Positions 39,251 to 47,263 of a stretch of 64,000 bases of DNA are shown piece by piece. The first letter of the stretch is position 1; every line of letters starts with the position of its first letter. The stretch is from an uncultured Acidobacteriota bacterium. GTDB lineage: Bacteria; Acidobacteriota; Terriglobia; Terriglobales; Acidobacteriaceae. Below the pieces are notes generated by a model. That model saw only the letters and a list, made by a program, of their open reading frames with translations. It ran no database searches and was not told where the DNA came from. The stretch lies in assembly GCA_963735505.1 (NCBI GenBank), contig CAVTLR010000007.1, positions 323,807 through 387,806 on the forward strand. The letters run 5' to 3'. Position numbers and translations under genes: made by a program.

Positions 39251-39718
39251 CTATCTTGGTAAATTTTCTAATGCTTGCAGAATGCCCTCAGCTCCGGGAT
39301 TGACTGCGATAGGCGAGCAGTAACTCCATGCAATCACGCCATTTTTGTCGATGACAAAGAGAGCGCGTTCGCACACTCCGTCCTCGGCTCGATAGGCCCC
39401 ATAGGATCGAGACACCTGACCCTTGGGCTCAAAATCGGCTGCCAGCGGAAAATGAAGGTTGCGGTCCTTTGCGAACGCGGCATGACACCAGACGCCGTCC
39501 ACGGATATTCCGATGAGCTCTGCCCGATACTTCTGAAAATCCGGAAGAATCTCGTTGTAGAGAGCCATCTGGTCCCCACATACCGGACTCCAATCCGCAG
39601 GATAGAACGCGAGAATGACCGGCTGGCCGCGCAACTCACTCAGCGACAATTTCTGATCAGGCGTAACGTGAAGGCTGAAATCCGGCGCGACTGTTCCTGC
39701 AGACAAAATATTCGCCAT
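39251..39718 (-). CDS. peroxiredoxin (AhpC/TSA-Bcp-like)
   Basis: Motifs APDFSL, GQPVILAFYPADWSPVCGDQ and ISVDGVWCHAAF. The likely start is MANILSAG at 39718, preceded by GAGG. The ORF maximum extends to 39766. Confidence 0.85.
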   Translation of the reverse strand: MANILSAGTVAPDFSLHVTPDQKLSLSELRGQPVILAFYPADWSPVCGDQMALYNEILPDFQKYRAELIGISVDGVWCHAAFAKDRNLHFPLAADFEPKGQVSRSYGAYRAEDGVCERALFVIDKNGVIAWSYCSPIAVNPGAEGILQALENLPR

Positions 39719-39997
39719 AGGAATGACCTCGCTCATGAGATGCTGCAAAATCAACGAAAGGATCAAATCCGCGGCGAACCCGGCGACTCCTTCTGCTGCA
39801 AAGCCACGAAGATCGCTCCACCGTAAGCTGGAAACTCAATGGCAGACTGGAACCCCCTAGCGTTGGGATTTCCCCATGCACAGATCGCGCATGTATAACA
39901 TCCAATCGAAGAGGTGAGCGCGATGTCACTGGGGAGCAACAACAACCTTCGTTGGAGCAATTCCTGCGTGAATCGTTGGCGAAGCGCAGGATCGCAG

Positions 39998-41271
39998 CTA
40001 AGAGAATTGATGTCATGTTGATGCCAAGCTCATAGGTTTCGCCGTGCTGCATCAATTCTTCCCAGGTCACTTCGCCACCCCGGCGTCCAGCCATTCGACC
40101 CAGCATGGCACTCAGAGCTGTTTCCACACCAGCAGCCGCTTGATTATGGAAATTTCCCGACGTGATGCTGTCGATAAAGCCGCGATCCTTCTCCTTCTGC
40201 GCCTCTGCCAGGTTATCGCTGAAAACTCCATTGGCGGCAAACTTGGTTGGAGCGACTGGCTGTGCGGATTGATCGCCGGCCCAGGTCCACGAGTTTTTGC
40301 CCACGATCCGCATCGCTCCGGAATAGGGAATTTCGGCATGTCCATCGGCGCCAAACATGCGCGCCGACACATCGAACCAGTCGTTCGGTCCAAATTGCGT
40401 GCAGGAAAAACTGATGTGAATATTTCCCGGATACGTAAACGCAACTTCGTAGTTATCCCACGTATCGCCAGGATGGGAAATGATATTTCTTCCTCCAACG
40501 CCAGTCGCCTTGATGGGATGGGATTGCAGCGTCCAGTTGCAAATGTCGATCAGATGAATCGCTTGCTCGACGATGATGTCGCCCGATAACACCCGGTCCC
40601 AATACCAGCGGCGAATTCGAAGCTCATCCGGCGACATGTTGGGCATGTCAGGATAGCTGACGCCCGGGAGCGTTATAGTATGCGGCGATTGCGCCAATTT
40701 TTCCTAACGCTCCCTGCTGAATGCGGCGGATCATCTCTACAAAAGGCGGAGCGCTGCGAATCTGGAAGCCAACCTCGAGGCTGACGTGGCCGTCTGCGCG
40801 TTTGCCAATCTGGAGTGCCTGTTTCGCTTGCGCCACGTCCACGCCGATTGGCTTCTCGCAATAAACATGCTTGCCCCCACGGACTGCCGCATCGAGATGT
40901 TGTACATGAAAAAATGGCGTCGTTGAAATCTGAACCGCGTCAACATCTGACGAAGCCGCAATTTCCTCGTAGGCCTTGTAGCCATGGAACATCATCTTGT
41001 CGTCAATCCTGGAGTAGCCCTTTTGCGCCCCGACCTGGTCGAGGCGCGTCTTTGCGGGCCCGAGTTTATCCGGAAATAAATCTGCCAGAGCGACGACGCG
41101 CGCACTGGTGTTATTGAGAAACGATTCCGCAACGGAGGTTCCCCGTGAGCCGCAACCCAACAGCGCCAATCGAACCGCAGAATTCGCTTCATAGCCGAAA
41201 ACCGTTTTCGGCTTCAGCAGCAGGATTCCGGAAGCAGCCGCAGCAGTTCCGACAAATTTTCTTCTATCCAT
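39998..41271 (-). pseudogene. Tat-signal Gfo/Idh/MocA-family oxidoreductase, disrupted (frameshift at 40663-40668; C-terminus runs past the expected stop)
   Basis: MDRRKFVGTAAAASG (twin-Arg), then a Rossmann motif VRLALLGCGSRG and EKP. The frame is lost at ...AAYYNAPG and resumes in another frame with SYPDMPNMSPDELRIRRWYWDRVLSGDIIVEQAIHLIDICNW...TWEELMQHGETYELGINMTS. AGGAG lies 11 nt upstream of ATG 41271. Confidence 0.7.
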
Positions 41272-42297
41272 AGACCAATGATCTCCTGACCTACGCGGGT
41301 TGGAACGCACCTTGGAAAGCACGCGCTCGAGATATAACTTCTCGTGCTTCACATCTTCCATTTGCTGCGGGCCAGAGGTTTCGCGTTCGATGGTAATTGC
41401 CCCTTGATATCCCAGCTTCTGGAGTTTGGAGAATACCTGCATAAAATCTACTCGGCCGGTACCGATCAACACTTCTTTGCCGAGTTTCATCGGATCGGTG
41501 GGCCACATTCCATCCTTGGCGTGGACACTTCGCACATGCGAGCCAATCATGTCGACCGCATCCACTGGATTCGCTTTTCCATACAGGATCAGGTTCGCGG
41601 TATCGAGCCCGACGCCGAGGTTCGGCTGATTCACATCCATAATGGCGCGAGACATGGTGGTCGGCGTTTCCTGTCCAGTTTCCATTAAAAAATCCTGCCC
41701 GTTCCTGGCGCAGTGGATGGCAACTTCGCGAATTGCCTGCACCGCCGGTTGGTAGAGCGAATCTCTCGGGTTCTCCGGAAGGAAGCCGCAATGCGTCTGC
41801 ACGCGAGGTATGCCGAGCCGTTTGGCGAAGTCGGAAGTTTGCTTCAGGGCCTCAATTCGAGCGCCTCGCGTGGCCGGAGGTACCAGTCCAATCGTTTCCG
41901 GTCCATCCAGAAAATCCCACACCAGACGTCCTGGACCAACGACTTCCGCACTGGTGGCGACGACTCCGTATTTCTCTAGCGCTGCGCGCAGTTGATCCGA
42001 GGCCTCCGGGCTGAACCTGCCGATGTAGCCGTCAAGGCTAAGGAAGCAATTCGACATTCCCAACTCTCGAACGCGCGCGATGGCCGCCTCTGGGTGGTCG
42101 TATGACGGTGCGATCATGACACCGATCGCCATGGGCGCAACACCAGGTTGCTTGGTGGTTGCGTCAGGCACCTTCGCGATCTGAGCGGAAAACGTCGCCG
42201 CCGTATCGGCTTCTTTTCCAGCGAAGACGCTGCCAAAGGCTCCCGACTGCATCACTGCAGCTCCAATGGCGGTACCAAGAAAATCTCTACGACGCAT
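41272..42297 (-). CDS. Tat-signal sugar phosphate isomerase/epimerase-like protein (xylose-isomerase-like TIM barrel); no in-frame stop before the next gene
   Basis: MRRRDFLGTAIGAAV (twin-Arg), then motifs RVQTHCGFLP, FLMETGQE, GVGLDTANLILYG, VHAKDG and ITIERE. The ORF continues in frame into the Gfo/Idh/MocA start at 41271. Confidence 0.75.
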
Positions 42298-42333
42298 GCA
42301 CGGCTCCTCTCAATGTCTCTTTCCCACACAACT

Positions 42334-43500
42334 TCACAACTTTACAAACGTTCGCGTGCGATACATCCAATACAGGGTCAACCAAATGAGGGTTAATGCA
42401 GCGGCAGCAGACAGCACTTCATCCCACCGCCCTACGCGCGACAACAGGCCTCCGACGAAGATGTCGCCAATCTTGCGAAAATCGAACAGCTCCGTTGCCA
42501 TATACACGGCCAATGCGTTCATCCCGATCACTGTAAACGGAAACACCCATTTCCGATAACCAAGCACATCGATCACTAAGTAGAACGTCGCCATCAACAG
42601 GCAGCTGATTCCGCCCGCGACTAACACGAAGGAACTTGTCCACAGTAACTTGATGATAGGAAACCACAGGCTCCAGATGAGGCCTAGGACCAGCAAGTCC
42701 ACGCCGTAGCCATAGAGCATCAGGCATTTCATTTTTTTGCTTCGTGTGGAAAGAAGTAATTCGCCGGCGAGCACGCCGAGCAACACCGAGGATGCAAAAC
42801 CCAGGTAACTCAACAACCAGGTATTTTCCTGTCCCACAGGGACATAGGAGAACCTGCCAAACACCAGATGATCAACGTAGGTTGCAGCATTTCCATTAGG
42901 AGTTAACACTCCTCTACCGACACCCGGGACCGGAATCGTGAGCAACAGAATCCAATAACTCGCCAGAAAAATTGCTGTGGTGATCGCCTGCCCCTTCACC
43001 TTAAAGTTCAACGTGACGATGGTCGCAATCAGGTAGCCGGCTGCAATGCCATGCAACACGCTGTAGAACGGGTGGAACGTCAACAAATTGAATTGAAGAA
43101 GATTCCCTTGCAGGATCATGCCCAGAGTGAACAAGAGCACCGCGCGTTTGACGGCATGGACGTAGATTGCTCCATGGCTTTCATGCATCCGCTTTCGCTT
43201 GGCGAGGGAGAAGGTCAGCGATACTCCCACCATAAACATGAAGAGCGCCCAGATCACGTCGAACGCATGTAGCCCTTGCCAGCGCACATGCTCAAACTGG
43301 GTCGACAAGCGCATCCAGAACCGGTCCGGCCATGCTTTAGCCAAGCCATGGATCACTAATTGACCGCCAATAATCCAAAGCATGTCGAAGCCGCGTAATC
43401 CATCCAGTGAAAGCAGCCTCTCGGACCGCGGCGCAGTCGTCGTCGCAGGAGCGGCTTCGTTCAGCGATTCCGTTTGCGCTTGAACCATCTCTGTAACCAT
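42334..43500 (-). CDS. DUF5009/DUF1624-type membrane acyltransferase-like protein (HGSNAT-like)
   Basis: 388 aa polytopic membrane protein with the N-terminal motif RLLSLDGLRGFDMLWIIGG. Confidence 0.7.
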   Translation of the reverse strand: MVTEMVQAQTESLNEAAPATTTAPRSERLLSLDGLRGFDMLWIIGGQLVIHGLAKAWPDRFWMRLSTQFEHVRWQGLHAFDVIWALFMFMVGVSLTFSLAKRKRMHESHGAIYVHAVKRAVLLFTLGMILQGNLLQFNLLTFHPFYSVLHGIAAGYLIATIVTLNFKVKGQAITTAIFLASYWILLLTIPVPGVGRGVLTPNGNAATYVDHLVFGRFSYVPVGQENTWLLSYLGFASSVLLGVLAGELLLSTRSKKMKCLMLYGYGVDLLVLGLIWSLWFPIIKLLWTSSFVLVAGGISCLLMATFYLVIDVLGYRKWVFPFTVIGMNALAVYMATELFDFRKIGDIFVGGLLSRVGRWDEVLSAAAALTLIWLTLYWMYRTRTFVKL

Positions 43501-43624
43501 CTTCGCCGTCCTCTGCTGTCGATGAAGATATCATCCTCGAGCGCATCGTCTGGCAATACCAACCCAGGCCGAACTCTACGCAGGCTGTCGGAACGTCGTG
43601 CTGCGTCTTCATGGCAGATACGCT

Positions 43625-44542
43625 CTAAGATGTTTCTCTGGAAATGGAGAATCGATTTTCCGGCTGGCCGCAAACATCTGTCTCGATGGCGAAGAGGCCA
43701 CCGGCGAGATCTTCTCCTTGAGAACTTCCAGAAGCGCTGGTCACATATAAAGTAGTCAGATCTTCTCCCCCAAAGGTACAAGTGGTCACATTTGAAACGG
43801 GAAACTCAATGACAGTGTCGATGGCGCCGTCGGGCGCGACACGCGCGATACAACCGCCATAAAATCTACAATTCCACAGGTATCCTTCGGCGTCGACTGT
43901 CGAGCCGTCCGGCACCCCGCGGGGAAAACCTTCGAGAAACGGACGTTCGCCGCTGATACTTCCGTCGATTGCGTTGTAGTCGTAGCAGCGCACGGAATTG
44001 GCCAGGCTGTCGCCGAAGTAGAATAGGGTTTGATCGGGACTCCACGCAACCGTGTTCGATACACCAAGCTTAGATTTCCATTCGCTGATGGCACCATCTG
44101 GGTCGAGGCGATAGAGAACTCCGTCAGTTCCACCGGTCTCGCTCATGGTCCGATCAGGATTGATGTTGTTCCTCATAGAGCCCAGCCATAGCGAACCGCG
44201 CGGGTCAGGACGTGCATCATTCAGCCTCACGTACGGCCAACCACGCAGGTGAAAGGACGTTGGAGATTCTTGTCCCGTGCGTGGCTCCCAAAGAATCACG
44301 CGCGAACCAAGGACTACCGCGAGGGTGTCGTCTCGCGTGGTCATGTTCACTGCCGTGACTGGCTCGGGAAATTCCCAGGTCTCGACCTGGAAACTGCGGG
44401 GATCGTAACGATGTAACAGGAATCGGTTGATATCGGCCCAGTACAGAGCGGATTCTGGCGCATGCCACACCGCGCCCTCTCCGCAGACATCGCAAACCCG
44501 GGCCACGCATGTTGGCCCGTTCCGTATTTTCACTGGGCGCAT
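43625..44542 (-). CDS. SMP-30/gluconolactonase/LRE-family protein
   Basis: 305 aa. Motifs GEGAVWHAPESALYWADI, DGSTVDAEGYLWNCRFYGG and TTCTFGGEDLTTLYVTSA. Confidence 0.8.
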   Translation of the reverse strand: MRPVKIRNGPTCVARVCDVCGEGAVWHAPESALYWADINRFLLHRYDPRSFQVETWEFPEPVTAVNMTTRDDTLAVVLGSRVILWEPRTGQESPTSFHLRGWPYVRLNDARPDPRGSLWLGSMRNNINPDRTMSETGGTDGVLYRLDPDGAISEWKSKLGVSNTVAWSPDQTLFYFGDSLANSVRCYDYNAIDGSISGERPFLEGFPRGVPDGSTVDAEGYLWNCRFYGGCIARVAPDGAIDTVIEFPVSNVTTCTFGGEDLTTLYVTSASGSSQGEDLAGGLFAIETDVCGQPENRFSISRETS

Positions 44543-44739
44543 CTCCCGGCGACAATTTCATCAGGTCGCATGTTTCTTGTCCACCGAAGTCACCCAGCCT
44601 GGCGCATTGCCTGTTTCGCCGTTCGTCGATTGCGTTTCAGAGCTGCGATTTGGAAGGCAAGAGGTAGCGCACTAGAAAACCCGCATTCTCGCTGCCCTAA
44701 ATCACGAACCTTGTTGCGCTTCTGTACATCAAATAACCA

Positions 44740-45891
44740 ATGGCGATCGTACCCAACAATCTCTTCACTCCACTGACTCAGCGCTCCGTCACCTTTCCCA
44801 ACCGGATTGTGGTTTCGCCGATGTGTCAGTACAGCTATGTCGACGGAGTTTCAAATGACTGGCAGTTCGTGCACCTTGGCAGCCGAGCTGTAGGAGGAGC
44901 GGGGATTGTCTTCGCCGAAGCCTCCGCCGTCAGCCCGGAAGGGCGGATTACGCCAGGCGATCTTGGCCTGTGGTCCGATGCACATATTGCCCCTCTGGCT
45001 CAGATCACTGAGTTCGTGAAGGCCCAGGGAGTGGTTACGGCGATTCAGCTTGCACATGCCGGCCGTAAAGCGAGCATGCCCAAACCGTGGGCTGGCAACT
45101 CGCACGTACTCTCGGCGAGCGAAGGCGGCTGGCAGGCTGTTGCGCCCAGCTCCCAGCCGTTCGCCGAAGGGTATTCGATTCCGCGGGCTTTGGATCGTGC
45201 CGGCATGGACAAAGTGGTCGCGGACTTTGCAGCAGCCACGCGCCGGGCTGAAGCAGCCGGCTTTCTTCTCGTGGAAATTCACGGTGCGCATGGCTACCTG
45301 CTACACGAATTTTTGTCGCCACTTTCCAACTCGCGAACCGACGAATACGGCGGCAGCTTTGAAAACCGTGCCCGATTCCCGCTCGAAGTGGTCCGTGCGG
45401 TTCGTGCCCACTTCCCTGCCGAATTGCCAGTCTGGATGCGCCTTTCCGTCACGGATTGGGTCGAGCCGTCAAAGGAATTTCCGGCAGGCGGCCTGACGGT
45501 CGAAGATTCCATCGCGTTTGCTCGGCTCTTGAAGGCTGAAGGCATCGACCTGGTGGATTGCTCTTCCGGCGGCAATGATCCGAGGCAACAGATTCCCCTC
45601 GGCCCCGGATACCAGGTCGCGCTGGCTGAGCGAATCCGCCGGGAGGCCGATATTCCGACCGCTGCGGTGGGCATGATTACGGCACCTGAGCAGGCGGATC
45701 AGATTATCCGCACCGGGCAGGCAGATGTTGTATCGTTGGCTCGGGAAATGCTCCGCGATCCCTACTGGCCGCTCCATGCCGCGGAGACTCTTCGCAAGAC
45801 TGCGGTGTGGCCGGTCCAATACGAACGGGCTGCGCACGGCAAAGTTGAACGTCGAGCGCCTTTACCTCAATTTGTCGACGAGAAGAAATAG
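44740..45891 (+). CDS. NADH:flavin oxidoreductase, Old Yellow Enzyme family (YqjM/NamA-like)
   Basis: Motifs LFTPLTQRSVTFPNRIVVSPMCQYS, QLAHAGRKAS, EIHGAHGYLLHEFLSPLSN.R.DEYGGS. Confidence 0.85.
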   Translation: MAIVPNNLFTPLTQRSVTFPNRIVVSPMCQYSYVDGVSNDWQFVHLGSRAVGGAGIVFAEASAVSPEGRITPGDLGLWSDAHIAPLAQITEFVKAQGVVTAIQLAHAGRKASMPKPWAGNSHVLSASEGGWQAVAPSSQPFAEGYSIPRALDRAGMDKVVADFAAATRRAEAAGFLLVEIHGAHGYLLHEFLSPLSNSRTDEYGGSFENRARFPLEVVRAVRAHFPAELPVWMRLSVTDWVEPSKEFPAGGLTVEDSIAFARLLKAEGIDLVDCSSGGNDPRQQIPLGPGYQVALAERIRREADIPTAAVGMITAPEQADQIIRTGQADVVSLAREMLRDPYWPLHAAETLRKTAVWPVQYERAAHGKVERRAPLPQFVDEKK

Positions 45892-45907
45892 AAATCGGAG
45901 GTCCGCC

Positions 45908-46342
45908 ATGTCTGTCATTCGTACCTGTGCTCACTGCAAACAGAAGAACCGCGTCTCGGCGAAACATCTGAGTGCAAGCGGTCGATGTGGAGCCTGCAAG
46001 GCCGAACTTCCTCCCCTCGCGGAGCCGCTTGCCGTCGACTCCGCTTCCTTCGACGATATTGTCCAAAACGCCACCGTGCCGATCCTCGTAGATTTCTGGG
46101 CCAGTTGGTGTGGTCCGTGCCGAGCCGCAGCTCCGGAGGTATCTCGCACCGCCGCTGATATGGCGGGCAAGGCCATCGTCTTGAAGGTGGACACCGAAGC
46201 CAACCCTCAACTCTCGGCCCGCTATCAGGTGCAGAGTATTCCCAACTTCGTTGTGCTCAAGGGTGGACGTCCGGTTTTCCAGCAGCCGGGCCTGGTCGAT
46301 CATGAAGAGATGGAGAAATGGCTTCGGTCGGCTTCAGCCTAA
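45908..46342 (+). CDS. trxC: thioredoxin 2 (N-terminal zinc finger plus WCGPC thioredoxin domain)
   Basis: ATG 45908 is preceded by GGAGG. Zinc-finger motifs CAHC...CGAC are followed by FWASWCGPCR. The listed ORF from 45725 is over-extended. Confidence 0.85.
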   Translation: MSVIRTCAHCKQKNRVSAKHLSASGRCGACKAELPPLAEPLAVDSASFDDIVQNATVPILVDFWASWCGPCRAAAPEVSRTAADMAGKAIVLKVDTEANPQLSARYQVQSIPNFVVLKGGRPVFQQPGLVDHEEMEKWLRSASA

Positions 46343-47200
46343 AACGATGCGTCTCGATGCGGCGGGAAAGATACCGTATTTGGCGGATAGGAACTGCTGA
46401 AGATCCTTGGGAAGAACGAAAGCCAGTTCCTGCCAGGTAAGCAGCTTGAGCCGGCAGCGAAGCTCGAATGGACGAACGGCCCGCATAATTGCGTACCAAC
46501 TTTCGACCAGCTCCGGACGGCGAGCATCGCAGAACACACAAAAAGAACATTCGGTGGCATAGGCCGCAAGCGCGCCTCGAATCAACTGATAGCCGGATTG
46601 CTTTCCTTTGCGAGTGGGAAGCTCTGAAATATCAAACACTGCTTCCAGGTCACGATAACGCGAGATCAAGCCGGGACTCGCCGACTGAAAATCCGATTCG
46701 GTCAGCTTGGCTTCCACCAGCAGCTCACCGATCTTCATATCGATTTCGGTGTTGTCTCGTTTGTCTCCTTGTAGCGGCGTGCGCGGCTTAAACCCGAACT
46801 CAGGAACTGCCTCCGATTCGATTCCTAACAGCGTTCGAACTGCTGGTTGATCCAACACGTCCGGATAACAAAAAATATTCATCAGCAACGCATCGGAGCT
46901 GTTGCAGCAATCCAGTTCTTTCCATTGCCAATTGGAGCGAAGACGCGATCTCTTATATGCGGTATGAACTTTTTCTAGCCGCCTCGCCCATTGATCGTTG
47001 GCGCAAATTCTGCGATACGCATCTGGATGGAAATTTCCATGTCGACCCGCCTCATCGCGACCGAAGATAATGCTGGGAACTTGTCCATCGGAAAGTTCAT
47101 ACAAATAACCGTGCATGGACGCGAATTGAAGGTTGCGAAGACTTAGCTCTTGTCGCAGGCCGATGCCGCTAGAAACATCCGAGAATTGGCTGGCCGACAA
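46334..47200 (-). CDS. hypothetical protein with a PD-(D/E)xK nuclease-like motif
   Basis: 288-aa ORF (TTG start at 47200; first ATG at 47116). NTEIDMKIGELLVEAKLTESDF gives D154...E163-x-K165 in a beta-strand-like context. I recognise no named family. Confidence 0.5.
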   Translation of the reverse strand: MSASQFSDVSSGIGLRQELSLRNLQFASMHGYLYELSDGQVPSIIFGRDEAGRHGNFHPDAYRRICANDQWARRLEKVHTAYKRSRLRSNWQWKELDCCNSSDALLMNIFCYPDVLDQPAVRTLLGIESEAVPEFGFKPRTPLQGDKRDNTEIDMKIGELLVEAKLTESDFQSASPGLISRYRDLEAVFDISELPTRKGKQSGYQLIRGALAAYATECSFCVFCDARRPELVESWYAIMRAVRPFELRCRLKLLTWQELAFVLPKDLQQFLSAKYGIFPAASRRIVLG

Positions 47201-47223
47201 TCGGCATGTTTCCTATAATAGGC

Positions 47224-47238
47224 GAATACAAGGCGAAC
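47224..47238. promoter_or_regulatory. candidate LexA (SOS) box of the GTTC-N7-GTTC type, with one mismatch
   Basis: GAATacaaggcGAAC is the reverse complement of GTTCgccttgtATTC. It lies 26 nt upstream of the dinB ATG, directly after a TATAAT hexamer at 47214-47219. Confidence 0.3.
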
Positions 47239-47263
47239 ATCGAGCGTCGCGCTTGGAGTTCCA

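Noticed and set aside
39763-39960. 65-aa Cys-containing ORF (…CYTCAIC…) upstream of the peroxiredoxin, as a possible small redox protein.
   Set aside because: It has a TTG start with no properly spaced ribosome-binding site. It lies in the region best explained as spacer or run-on tail of the damaged Gfo gene, and I recognise no family.
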